Assembly (NCBI GenBank): GCA_036270075.1
Contig: DATBDF010000152.1
Coordinates: forward strand, 1,532 to 65,531
DNA from: Nocardioides sp.
Lineage (GTDB): Bacteria > Actinomycetota > Actinomycetes > Propionibacteriales > Nocardioidaceae
Direction of reading: 5' to 3'
Length of the DNA: 64,000 nt
Shown piece by piece: positions 26,093 through 35,607 of this stretch; within the stretch, counting starts at the first letter, position 1; every line of letters starts with the position of its first letter. The position numbers and the translations under genes were made by a program. Under the pieces are notes generated by a model. It was not told the origin of the DNA. It ran no database searches and was given only the letters and a program-made list of their open reading frames with translations.

Positions 26093-27625
26093 TTAACGAA
26101 CCGTTGCAGTTGCCCGAGCGAGGGCACGCCGTGCCGCGGGCTCGGCCGCCTCGCGGTCGGCGGGCACCAGGCCGACCCGGGTGCGCCGGTCCAGCAGGTC
26201 GTCGACGTCGTGCGCACCTTCGTGTGTGACGCCGAAGAGGAGCTCCGCCGGGGTGACCGGAGCACGGTTCGAGACGGGTGCCAGCAGCTCGTCGTCTCCG
26301 AGTCCGGACACCTCGCGTGCCGACTCGAGCACGAGCCGAGCGTCGGTGCCGTAGCGGCGCACGAGTCGTGGGGACGGTGACTCCAGTGCCAGCCGCGCGA
26401 GCTCGGGGCGGGACGCGGCACCGACGAGCGGGAGCCGATCAGTGGTGCAGGGACCCGCCTCGAGACCGCTTCGCGACACCGCCACGTCGAGGGCGTCCTG
26501 CGCCATCCGACGGTACGTCGTGAGCTTGCCGCCGACGACGGTGACGACCCCGGTCGACGAGGTGCGGACCGCATGACGACGCGACAGGTCGGAGGTGCGG
26601 CCGTCTGCCCGCAGCAGTGGCCGCAGCCCGGCGTAGGCGCCGACGACGTCGGCCCGGCTGAGGGGCCGGGCGAGCGCGTTCGAGGTCGTCTCGACCAGGA
26701 ACTCGATCTCGGTCTCGCTGGGCTCGGGCACGTCGGGCGCCGGGCCGTCGACGGGGACGTCGGTCAGTCCGACGTAGACGAGCCCGTCCTGCTGCGGGAC
26801 GACGTTGACGAAACGCGTGCGTTCGCCGGGTACCGGGAGCGTGAGAGCGACCCGCAGCCCGGGCAGCGTCTCCGCGCGCAGAACGAGATGGGTGCCTCGG
26901 CTGGGCCGGAGGTCGACGTCGACGACCAGGTCGCCCGCCCAGACGCCCGCGGCATTGACCACGGCGCGAGCGGAGACCTGCCGTGTCTCGCCGGTCACCT
27001 CGTCGCGGAGGAGGGCGCCGCGCCCGTCGAGCTCGATCGCCCGTGCGCGGGTCCGGACCTCGGCACCGAGACCCGCGGCGGTGCGCGCGATGGTGGTCAC
27101 GAGCCGGGCGTCGTCCTCGAGCTGGCCGTCCCACGACAGGATCCCGCCCCGGAAGCGGTCGCCGAGCGAGGGTGCCAGGTGGTGACTCTCGGTGGCCGAG
27201 ATGCGCCGCGGCCGTGGCAGCGTCTCGGACGCCGTACGGGCCGCGATCCGGAGCAGGTCGCCGGCCTCGATCCCGGCGCGCAGGAACACCGCCTGCCTGC
27301 GCCCTGCCGTCCGCGCGAGCGGCAGGAGCATCGGCAAGGCGTGGGTCAGGTGAGGAGCGGTGAGCTCCATCAGGATCCCGCGCTCGACCGCGCTCTCGTG
27401 CGCCACACCGACCTGGCCGTGGGCGAGGTAGCGAAGGCCGCCGTGGACCAGCTTGCTGGACCAGCGCGACGTACCGAAGGCGAGGTCGTGGGCGTCGACG
27501 GCCAGCACCGAGAGTCCGCGGGAGATGGCGTCCAGCGCGCAGCCCGTGCCGGTCACTCCGAGGCCGACGACGAGCACGTCGACCTCGGTGGGCGCGTCGA
27601 CCAGGCCGGCGCGGATGCGGGTCAT
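26093..27625 (-). CDS. glpD: FAD-dependent glycerol-3-phosphate dehydrogenase/oxidase
   Basis: GLGVTG, GTSRWSSKLVHGGLRYL, DDARL, GGKLTTYRRMA. Confidence 0.88.
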   Translation of the reverse strand: MTRIRAGLVDAPTEVDVLVVGLGVTGTGCALDAISRGLSVLAVDAHDLAFGTSRWSSKLVHGGLRYLAHGQVGVAHESAVERGILMELTAPHLTHALPMLLPLARTAGRRQAVFLRAGIEAGDLLRIAARTASETLPRPRRISATESHHLAPSLGDRFRGGILSWDGQLEDDARLVTTIARTAAGLGAEVRTRARAIELDGRGALLRDEVTGETRQVSARAVVNAAGVWAGDLVVDVDLRPSRGTHLVLRAETLPGLRVALTLPVPGERTRFVNVVPQQDGLVYVGLTDVPVDGPAPDVPEPSETEIEFLVETTSNALARPLSRADVVGAYAGLRPLLRADGRTSDLSRRHAVRTSSTGVVTVVGGKLTTYRRMAQDALDVAVSRSGLEAGPCTTDRLPLVGAASRPELARLALESPSPRLVRRYGTDARLVLESAREVSGLGDDELLAPVSNRAPVTPAELLFGVTHEGAHDVDDLLDRRTRVGLVPADREAAEPAARRALARATATVR

Positions 27626-28227
27626 CAGCTCGAGACCACGCGGCGGACGAGGTGCTCCAGCTCCCGGTCGAGCGCGTCCTCACCGACCTCGTCGTCGACC
27701 ATCGTGTGGGCACTGAGCACGAAGCCGTGGGTCGCGAGCAGCAGCGACCGCGCGATCGCGACCGGGTCGCCGTCGCGGACGCTGCCGTCCTGCTGTCCCT
27801 CGCGTAGCCGGCCCGCGGTGAGCTCGGCGATGGCCTGCTGGCTGCGACCACGGCGGGTCAGGAGGTAGGGGAGCAGGAGCTCGGGGTCGAGCTCCACGAT
27901 GCGGAGGAACAGCTCGTTCTCGCGCAGGGCTCGCGTCGTCGCCACCACCTCGGCGACGATGCGGTCCGCCGCGGTGGCGGTCTTGCCGAGGGCGGCGTCG
28001 GCATCACCGACCGCGCGCGCGACCACCTCGCCCCACTCCCGGGTCATCAGATCGCCGAGGACCGCCGGCATGTCGGCCCAGGTGCGATAGATGGTCATCC
28101 GGCTGACCCCGGCCCGCCGAGCCACCTCGGTCAACGTCGTACGCCGCCAGCCCACGTCGAGGATGCAGGCCCGAGCGGCGTCCAGGTACGCCGCCTGCGC
28201 AGCCTCGCTGTGACGAAGTGACGTCAT
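27625..28227 (-). CDS. TetR family regulator
   Basis: TTLTEVARRAGVSRMTIY. Confidence 0.9.
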   Translation of the reverse strand: MTSLRHSEAAQAAYLDAARACILDVGWRRTTLTEVARRAGVSRMTIYRTWADMPAVLGDLMTREWGEVVARAVGDADAALGKTATAADRIVAEVVATTRALRENELFLRIVELDPELLLPYLLTRRGRSQQAIAELTAGRLREGQQDGSVRDGDPVAIARSLLLATHGFVLSAHTMVDDEVGEDALDRELEHLVRRVVSS

Positions 28228-28244
28228 ATGTCACACTGTAACAC

Positions 28245-29828
28245 GTGAACGCCGAGATGCATCCGACCCGGTGGGGCGACCCGGCGCGAGCCGCGGCCCT
28301 GCCCGAGACCGCTCGTGGGCTGGTCGAGCTGGTCTTCCCCGTCTCCGACCGGACCGTCGCCGCTGACGCGGACGTGTCGCTCCCGCCGTCCGTGCTCGGC
28401 GACCGCGTGCTCGCCGACCTGGTCGAGGTGGTGGGACCGGACCACGTGCTGACCGACGACCGGTCACGCCGGTTGCGGACCCGGGGCAAGTCGACCCCGG
28501 ACCTCCTGCGCGCTCGGGCCGGTGACCTGTCCGACGCGCCTGACGCCGTGGTGCGGCCCGGGGAGCACGACCAGGTGCAGCGGCTGCTCGAGGTCGCCGC
28601 CCGCCACCGGGTCGCGGTCGTCCCGTTCGGCGGCGGCACGTCGGTCGTCGGCGGGCTCGTGGCGCGACGCGACGGGTACGCCGGCGTCGTCAGCCTCGAC
28701 CTGAGCCGGATGACGCGTCTCCTCGCGGTCGACCCGGTGTCGATGACGGCGACCCTCGAACCCGGTCTGCGCGGACCGGAGGCCGAGGGCCTGCTGGCCG
28801 AGCACGGCCTGACTATCGGCCACTACCCGCAGTCCTTCGAGTTCGCCACGATCGGCGGCTTCGCCGCGGCCCGCTCGAGCGGGCAGTCCTCGGCCGGCTA
28901 CGGCCGCTTCGACGCGCTCGTCGTCGGGCTCCGCGTCGCGACGCCCGCCGGTCCGGTCGAGCTCGGGCACGCTCCGGCCAGCGCGGCCGGCCCGGACCTG
29001 CGGGAGGTCTTCCTGGGCTCGGAGGGTGCCTTCGGCGTGATCACGTCGGTCACCGTGCGTGTCCGGCCCCACCCCGAGCGCACGCTCTACGAGGGCTGGC
29101 GGTGGGCGTCGTTCGATGCGGGCGCCGCCGCGATGCGCACGCTCGCCCAGGCGCAGCTGCTGCCGACGGTGCTCCGGCTCTCCGACGAGAACGAGACGGC
29201 CCTCAACCTCGCCGACTCCGACTCCATCGGCGGGACCTCTGCGGGAGGTTGTCTGATGATCACGGGCTACGAGGGGACGCCGAGCGCGGTCGCGGCCCGA
29301 CGGGCCGCCGTCGCCGCGGTGCTGAGCGACCTGGGTGGCGAGCCGGCAGGAGAGGAGCCGGGTCGGAGGTGGGCGGCCGGGCGCTTCGACGCGCCGTACC
29401 TGCGCGACTCGATGCTGGACGCGGGCGTTCTCGTCGAGACGTTGGAGACGGCGGCGTACTGGTCCCGCCTGCGCGCCACCTACGACGCCGTGACGTCGGC
29501 TCTGCTCGAGTCACTCGGGGAGCCGGCGCTGGTCCTGTGCCACGTCTCGCATGTCTACGAGACCGGCGCCTCGCTGTACTTCACGGTGGCGGCGGCCGAA
29601 GGGGAGGACGGGCTGGGCCGTTGGGCGCGCGCGAAGCACGCAGCGATGCAGGCCATCGTCGACTCCGGCGCCACCATCACCCACCACCACGCGGTCGGCA
29701 CCGACCACCTCCCCTGGCTGGAGAGCGAGATCGGCCGGGTCGGGATCGACGTACTCCGCGCGATCAAGGCCGCCGTCGACCCGGACGCGATCCTCAACCC
29801 CGGCGTCCTCGTCCCTCCGGCTGTGTAA
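28245..29828 (+). CDS. FAD-linked oxidoreductase, alkyl-DHAP synthase-like
   Basis: PFGGGTSV, HYPQSFEFATIGG, GSEG, HVSHVY, THHHAVG, ILNPG. Confidence 0.85.
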   Translation: MNAEMHPTRWGDPARAAALPETARGLVELVFPVSDRTVAADADVSLPPSVLGDRVLADLVEVVGPDHVLTDDRSRRLRTRGKSTPDLLRARAGDLSDAPDAVVRPGEHDQVQRLLEVAARHRVAVVPFGGGTSVVGGLVARRDGYAGVVSLDLSRMTRLLAVDPVSMTATLEPGLRGPEAEGLLAEHGLTIGHYPQSFEFATIGGFAAARSSGQSSAGYGRFDALVVGLRVATPAGPVELGHAPASAAGPDLREVFLGSEGAFGVITSVTVRVRPHPERTLYEGWRWASFDAGAAAMRTLAQAQLLPTVLRLSDENETALNLADSDSIGGTSAGGCLMITGYEGTPSAVAARRAAVAAVLSDLGGEPAGEEPGRRWAAGRFDAPYLRDSMLDAGVLVETLETAAYWSRLRATYDAVTSALLESLGEPALVLCHVSHVYETGASLYFTVAAAEGEDGLGRWARAKHAAMQAIVDSGATITHHHAVGTDHLPWLESEIGRVGIDVLRAIKAAVDPDAILNPGVLVPPAV

Positions 29829-29888
29829 CCACCCCGGATGGTTCGATCCGGCCGCGTTCTCGGGGTGATCTCGAGCAAGACGGGGTGG

Positions 29889-30539
29889 TTACTCGGCGAA
29901 CGACCAGACCAGCAGCTGGGTGGGGACGGCTGCGGTGACGACCACGTCGTGGTCACCGGTGATCTCGAAGGCGTCCCCGGCCGACAACGGCTCGGCCAGG
30001 CTGGAGCGGGCCAGGGCGCCGGTAGCGACGAACACGTAGCGCAGCGGTGCCTCGGGAAGCGAGACGGTGGTCCCGGCCGGCAGGTCCGCGATCCGGTACG
30101 TCGCGCCCGGGACGCCGAGGTCGGTCTCGTCCGCGACGGTGACCAGGTCGCCGCCACTCAGGTCCGGCGTGGACGTCGACCGGCTGGGGTCCTCGCCGTA
30201 CTCCCCAGGCCGCAGCCAGGCCTGGACGAACCGCGTGGCGTGGTCGCCGGCCCGCTCGCTGTGGGTGATCCCGGTCCCGGCACGGGTGACGGCCAGCTCC
30301 CCGGCGGGTTGGCCGACGTGACCGCCGTCGTCAACGTGGTCGAGGGCCCCCGACACGACCCAGGTCACGAGCACCAGGTCGGTGTGGTCGTGGGCGTCGT
30401 ACCCGGCCCCCGACGCGAGCAGCTCGTCGTTGAGCGCGACCATGGAACCGAACGAGACCCGCTCAGGGTCGTAGAAGGAACCGAACGAGAAGGAGTGACG
30501 TGTCTGACGCCCCGGTTCGCGCGTCACGAACCGATCCAT
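29889..30539 (-). CDS. pirin family protein
   Basis: HSFSFG, HDH, AGTGITHSE, FVQAWL. Confidence 0.82.
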   Translation of the reverse strand: MDRFVTREPGRQTRHSFSFGSFYDPERVSFGSMVALNDELLASGAGYDAHDHTDLVLVTWVVSGALDHVDDGGHVGQPAGELAVTRAGTGITHSERAGDHATRFVQAWLRPGEYGEDPSRSTSTPDLSGGDLVTVADETDLGVPGATYRIADLPAGTTVSLPEAPLRYVFVATGALARSSLAEPLSAGDAFEITGDHDVVVTAAVPTQLLVWSFAE

Positions 30540-30552
30540 TCCCCTTCGAACC

Positions 30553-31917
30553 ATGACCGTCACCGACACAATGATCCCCGTGCCCCACCCTCTGCTCCCA
30601 CCGGGCTTCCGGTTCGGTGCCAGCACTGCGGCGTACCAGATCGAAGGGGGCGCCACCGAGGACGGCAAGGGCCCCAGCATCTGGGACACCTTCAGCCACC
30701 TCCCCGAGAAGATCGCGGACGGCTCGACCGGCGACGTGGCCTGCGACCACTACCACCGGCTCGACGAGGACCTCGACCTGATGCAGCGGCTCGGCCTCGG
30801 CGGCTACCGCTTCTCGATCTCGTGGCCGCGGGTGCTGCCGGCCGGCTCGGGCCACCCGAACACGTCCGGGCTGGACTTCTACGAGCGGCTGGTCGACGGG
30901 CTGCTCGAGCGCGACGTGCAACCGATGGTGACGCTGTACCACTGGGATCTGCCCCAAGAGCTCGAGGACGCGGGCGGCTGGCTCAACCGCGACACGGTGG
31001 ACCGCTTCGCGGAGTACGCCGCACTGATCGGCGAGCGGTTGTCGGACCGCGTGGAGCACTGGATCCCGGTGAACGAGCCGAACGTGGTGACGATGCTCGG
31101 CTACGGCAACGGCGTCCATGCTCCGGGCAAGGCGCTGATGTTCGACGCGCTCCCGGTCGCCCACCACCTCCTGCTCGCACACGGACGTGCCGCCATCGCG
31201 CTGCGCGCGGCCGGAGCCTCCAGCATCGGTTGCGCCAACAACCACGCCCCGATGTGGCCCGCGAGTGAGGACGAGGCCGACGTCGGTGCCTCCAAGCTCT
31301 TCGACGCCCTGTGGAACGGGATGTTCTCCGAGCCCATGCTCTTCGGCCGCTACCCGATCGACCTCGCCCCGCTGGTCGAGCCGGTCGTGAAGGCGGGCGA
31401 CATGGCCACCATCCGGCAGCCGCTCGACTTCTACGGCGTCAACTACTACAACCCGATGCGCATCGCCGCGGCCGACGAGGACGCGCCGATGCCGTTCGAG
31501 CCGCTGGAGATCCTCGGCTACCCGACGACGGACTTCGGCTGGCCCGTGGTCCCGGACGCCCTGCGCGAGTGGCTGATCACCCTCCGGGCTCGCTACCGCG
31601 CGGCCCTGCCGCCGATCATCATCACCGAGTCGGGCTGCTCCTACGGGACCTCACCGGACCGCGAGGGCGTCGTCGACGACCAGGCCCGGATCGAGTACCT
31701 CGACGCCCACCTCCGCGCCGTCGCCGTCGCCGTCCGCGCCGGCGTCGACGTCCGCGGGTACTACACGTGGTCTCTGCTCGACAACTTCGAGTGGGCCGAG
31801 GGCTACACCCAGCGGTTCGGCCTCGTGTACGTCGACTACGAGACTCAGGCCCGCATCCCGAAGCGCTCCTTCGACTGGTACGCCGAGACGATCAGGGTCC
31901 AGCCGCCGGACAACTGA
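30553..31917 (+). CDS. glycoside hydrolase family 1 beta-glucosidase
   Basis: TAAYQIEG, YRFSISWPR, NEP, ITESG, DNFEW. Confidence 0.93.
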   Translation: MTVTDTMIPVPHPLLPPGFRFGASTAAYQIEGGATEDGKGPSIWDTFSHLPEKIADGSTGDVACDHYHRLDEDLDLMQRLGLGGYRFSISWPRVLPAGSGHPNTSGLDFYERLVDGLLERDVQPMVTLYHWDLPQELEDAGGWLNRDTVDRFAEYAALIGERLSDRVEHWIPVNEPNVVTMLGYGNGVHAPGKALMFDALPVAHHLLLAHGRAAIALRAAGASSIGCANNHAPMWPASEDEADVGASKLFDALWNGMFSEPMLFGRYPIDLAPLVEPVVKAGDMATIRQPLDFYGVNYYNPMRIAAADEDAPMPFEPLEILGYPTTDFGWPVVPDALREWLITLRARYRAALPPIIITESGCSYGTSPDREGVVDDQARIEYLDAHLRAVAVAVRAGVDVRGYYTWSLLDNFEWAEGYTQRFGLVYVDYETQARIPKRSFDWYAETIRVQPPDN

Positions 31918-31921
31918 GCTG

Positions 31922-31973
31922 CGGTCGGGTCTCGACACTCCCTCGCCCAGCGGCTCGGGCGGCTCGACCACCG
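31922..31973. repeat. REP-like palindromic element
   Basis: GGTCTCGACAC...CTCGACCACCG ends resemble the element at 50569-50612; lies between convergent genes. Confidence 0.55.
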
Positions 31974-32002
31974 AGGACCGGTGAGCGGCCACCGAGGAGA
32001 GG

Positions 32003-33316
32003 TCAGCGGCGGCCGACGGCTCGGGCGGTCCAGCCGGCGGAGCGCCAGGAGTCGAGGTCGATCACGTTGCGGCCGTCGAAGAGCTGCGGCCGCGCGACGA
32101 CGCCGTCGAGGTCGGAGGGGGTGATCCGTCGGAACTCCGCCCACTCGGTCAGGTGGAGCACCAGGTCGGCGTCGCGACAGGCCTCGATGGCGGAGTCGGC
32201 ATAGGTCAGCGTGGGGAAGCGGGCACTCGCGGTCCCGTTCGCCCGCGGGTCGTACACACGGACGTCGGCACCCTTGAGGTGCAGCTGCCCGGCGACCCAC
32301 AGGGCGGGGGAGTCCCGGACGTCGTCGCTGTCCGGCTTGAACGCGGCTCCCCAGACCGCGATCCGGGCGCCGGCGAGATTGCCGTCGACCATGGCCGTCG
32401 CGATGTCGACGACGCGCTCGCGCTGCCGCTGGTTCACGTCGTCGATGTGACGCAGGAAGGTCATCGCGTCCTCGACACCGAGCTCGCCGGCGCGGTGCAC
32501 GAACGCCCGGATGTCCTTGGGCAGGCACCCGCCTCCGAAGCCGACGCCGGCGTTGAGGAAACGCCGGCCGATGCGCGGGTCGTAGCCGATCGAGTCGGCC
32601 AGGTCGACCACGTCGGCCCCCGTGGCCTCGCACACCTCGGCCATGGCGTTGATGAAGGAGATCTTCGTGGCCAGGAAGGCGTTGGAGGCGACCTTGACCA
32701 GCTCGGCGGTGGCGTAGTCGGTCACCACGACGGGGGTGCCGGCGTCGATCATCGACGCGTAGAAGTCGCGCAGCTGCTTCTCGGCGCGGCTGTCCTGGAC
32801 GCCGATCACGATGCGGTCCGGGTGCTGGGTGTCCTCGACGGCGAAACCCTCGCGCAGGAACTCGGGGTTCCAGGCCAGCAGGACGTCCGCCCCGGCCGGG
32901 GCGAGCGTGGCCAGCTGCTCGGCCATCCGCTCGGCCGTGCCGACCGGCACGGTCGACTTGCCCACGACCAACGTCGGCCGGTCCAGGTGCTTGGCCAGGC
33001 CGGTGATCGCCGCCTCGACCTGGCTCACGTCGGCGGCCAGGCTCTCGGCCTGTTGAGGCGTGCCCACGCAGACGAAGTGCAGGTCACCGAACGCCGCCAC
33101 GTCGGCGTACGAGTCGGTGAAGGTGAGTCGCCCCGACCCGACGCTGCGGGCGAGCAGCTCGTCGAGGTGGGGCTCGTAGATCGGGACCTCTCCGCGCGCG
33201 AGCGCCGCGCGCTTGTCCGGGTCGATCTCCATGCCCAGGACCTCGTGGCCGAGGTCGGCCATGGCCGCGGCATGGGTGGCACCCAGATAGCCACATCCGA
33301 GGACGGTGATCCGCAT
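32003..33316 (-). CDS. ugd: UDP-glucose 6-dehydrogenase
   Basis: GCGYLG, KSTVPVG, NPEFLREG, GFGGGCLPKD; TACAAT -10 directly before ATG. Confidence 0.92.
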   Translation of the reverse strand: MRITVLGCGYLGATHAAAMADLGHEVLGMEIDPDKRAALARGEVPIYEPHLDELLARSVGSGRLTFTDSYADVAAFGDLHFVCVGTPQQAESLAADVSQVEAAITGLAKHLDRPTLVVGKSTVPVGTAERMAEQLATLAPAGADVLLAWNPEFLREGFAVEDTQHPDRIVIGVQDSRAEKQLRDFYASMIDAGTPVVVTDYATAELVKVASNAFLATKISFINAMAEVCEATGADVVDLADSIGYDPRIGRRFLNAGVGFGGGCLPKDIRAFVHRAGELGVEDAMTFLRHIDDVNQRQRERVVDIATAMVDGNLAGARIAVWGAAFKPDSDDVRDSPALWVAGQLHLKGADVRVYDPRANGTASARFPTLTYADSAIEACRDADLVLHLTEWAEFRRITPSDLDGVVARPQLFDGRNVIDLDSWRSAGWTARAVGRR

Positions 33317-33349
33317 GGCGGGATTGTAGAGAGACGGACGCCCCCACAC

Positions 33350-33378
33350 TTGCATCACATACCCCTAGGGGGTATAAC
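33350..33378 (+). promoter_or_regulatory. sigma-70-type promoter with a CsoR operator between -35 and -10
   Basis: TTGCAT-N17-TATAAC; ATACCCCTAGGGGGTAT at 33359-33375. Confidence 0.75.
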
Positions 33379-33384
33379 TGTGCG

Positions 33385-33843
33385 ATGACCGACAGCTGGA
33401 GGATGGCCGTCACCGCGACTCGTCACTGCCTGACGGGCTGCGCGATCGGCGAGATCACGGGCATGGTGCTCAGCACCTGGTGGGGCTGGGGCAACGCCGG
33501 GAACATCGCCCTCTCGATCGGCCTGGCGTTCTTCTTCGGCTACCTCCTGACCTACACCGGTGTACGCCGGATGGGTGCCGACAACCGCACCGCGGTCCAG
33601 GCTGCCCTCGCCAGCGACACGGTCTCGATCTTCACCATGGAGCTCGTCGACACCCTGTTCCTGCTGGTCGTCCCGGGAGCCATGAGCGCGACTCTCGACA
33701 CGAGCCTGTTCTGGTGGTCGCTGGCCGTCGCGCTGGCCGTCGCCTTCGTCGCGGCGGTGCCGGTGAACCACTGGTTGATGGAGCGCGGGAAGGGCCACGC
33801 GGTCGTGCACCAGCTCCACGAGGAGCACGCCCACCACCACTAG
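33385..33843 (+). CDS. DUF4396 membrane protein with His-rich tail
   Basis: HCLTGCAIGE, DTVSI..ME, PVNHWLMERGKGH, HEEHAHHH. Confidence 0.82.
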   Translation: MTDSWRMAVTATRHCLTGCAIGEITGMVLSTWWGWGNAGNIALSIGLAFFFGYLLTYTGVRRMGADNRTAVQAALASDTVSIFTMELVDTLFLLVVPGAMSATLDTSLFWWSLAVALAVAFVAAVPVNHWLMERGKGHAVVHQLHEEHAHHH

Positions 33844-33869
33844 ACGGGGCCCCGGATACGATCTCCGCC

Positions 33870-34736
33870 ATGCGCACGCCTCGAACGGCTGCTGTCCTCG
33901 TCCCACTGATGCTCGTCGCGCTCGGGTGCGCACCGCAGAACAGCTCGACGACCGCCACCGACACCAGCACCGCCAACCAGACCCCGGCCGACTGCGCCCA
34001 GGGCAAGACGCTCACCGACGGGACGCTCACGATCGCGACGGACTCGCCGGCGTACGACCCGTGGTTCAAGAACAACGACCCGACGAACGGCAAGGGCTTC
34101 GAGTCCGCCGTGGCGTACGCCGTCGCCGACGAGCTCGGCTTCGACCAGTCGTCGGTGAAATGGGTGAAGGAGCCGTTCAACAAGTCCTACGCCCCCGGGG
34201 ACAAGGACTTCGACTTCGACATCAACCAGATCTCGATCACGCCCCAGCGAGCGAAGGTCGTCACCTTCTCCGACGGCTACTACACCGCCGCCCAGGCCCT
34301 GATCGCGCTCAAGGACAGCCCGGTCTCCCAGGCGACCTCGATCGAGGACCTGAAGAAGTACAAGCTCGGCGCCCAGACCGGCACGACGTCCCTCACGGCG
34401 ATCCGCGACGACATCGACCCGTCCCAGGAGCCTCTCGTCTTCGACGACACGAACGTCGCCAAGCAGGCGTTGCTCAACCATCAGGTGGACGCGATCGTCG
34501 CCGACCTGCCGACCGCGTTCTACATCACCGCGGTCCAGATCCCGCAGGCCACGATCGTCGGCCAGTTCCAGCAGCAGAGCGGGGAGCCCGAGCAGTTCGG
34601 CATGCTCTTCCAGAAGGACAACCCGCTGGTCGACTGCGTGAACGCCGCCCTCGCGAACATGAAGAGCGACGGCACGCTGGACTCGATCGAGAAGAAGTGG
34701 CTCAGCGAGACCGTGAGCGTGCCAGTCCTCCAGTGA
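33870..34736 (+). CDS. polar amino acid ABC transporter substrate-binding lipoprotein
   Basis: Lipobox ALGC, GFESAVA, QISITPQR, GAQTGTT. Confidence 0.9.
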   Translation: MRTPRTAAVLVPLMLVALGCAPQNSSTTATDTSTANQTPADCAQGKTLTDGTLTIATDSPAYDPWFKNNDPTNGKGFESAVAYAVADELGFDQSSVKWVKEPFNKSYAPGDKDFDFDINQISITPQRAKVVTFSDGYYTAAQALIALKDSPVSQATSIEDLKKYKLGAQTGTTSLTAIRDDIDPSQEPLVFDDTNVAKQALLNHQVDAIVADLPTAFYITAVQIPQATIVGQFQQQSGEPEQFGMLFQKDNPLVDCVNAALANMKSDGTLDSIEKKWLSETVSVPVLQ

Positions 34737-34743
34737 CGCGATC

Positions 34744-35607
34744 GTGAGCTCCACTCCCGATACCTGGCGACCGAGCGACCGGGAGCTCGAACGTCAGGCG
34801 GTACGCCGCTCGCAGCGGCGCCGCTCGATCCTCATCTCGACCACCGCGACCGTCCTCGTCTTCGGCGCCCTGGTGCTCGGAACCGTCACCTCGCCGGGCT
34901 GGCCCAACGTCAAGGCGACCTTCTTCTCCTGGGATGACGCGCAGGCCGCGTTCCCCGCCATCTGGCACGCCTTCTGGCGGTACAACGTGGTGTTGTTCAT
35001 GGTGGGCGAGGTCCTGATCCTGATTCTCGCCATGCTGGTGGCGCTGGTGCGCCAGACGAAGGCGGCGGCCCTGCTCCCTCTGCGGATCATCGCCGTCGTC
35101 TACACCGACCTGTTCCGCGGCATCCCGACGATCCTGCTGGTGTTCATGCTCGCCTTCGGGATGCCGGCGCTGCAGCTGCAGGGCGTCACCAACTCGCTCT
35201 TCTTCTGGGGACTGACCGCTCTGGTGCTGTCCTACGGCGCCTACGTGGCCGAGGTGCTTCGCTCAGGGATCGAGTCGATCCACCCGTCCCAGCTGGCGAG
35301 CGCGGATGCTCTCGGGCTCTCCCGGTTCCAGGCGATGCGGTACGTCGTCGTGCCGCAGGGCGTGCGCCGGGTCGTCCCGCCGCTGCTCAACGACTTCATC
35401 AGCCTCCAGAAGGACACCGCGCTGGTCGGGGCCGCCGGGTTGTTCGACGCCCTGTTCGCAGCCCGCGACTACGCCAACTTCAACTTCAACTTCACGCCGT
35501 ACGTCGTCGTGGCGCTCTACTTCATCGTGCTGACCATTCCGCTGGCCCGGCTCACCGACTACCTGCAGCACCGGGCCATGGAGCGAGAGCGGCAGGGGGC
35601 CCGATGA
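34744..35607 (+). CDS. amino acid ABC transporter permease
   Basis: FRGIP, AYVAEVLRSGI, KDTAL. Confidence 0.92.
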   Translation: MSSTPDTWRPSDRELERQAVRRSQRRRSILISTTATVLVFGALVLGTVTSPGWPNVKATFFSWDDAQAAFPAIWHAFWRYNVVLFMVGEVLILILAMLVALVRQTKAAALLPLRIIAVVYTDLFRGIPTILLVFMLAFGMPALQLQGVTNSLFFWGLTALVLSYGAYVAEVLRSGIESIHPSQLASADALGLSRFQAMRYVVVPQGVRRVVPPLLNDFISLQKDTALVGAAGLFDALFAARDYANFNFNFTPYVVVALYFIVLTIPLARLTDYLQHRAMERERQGAR

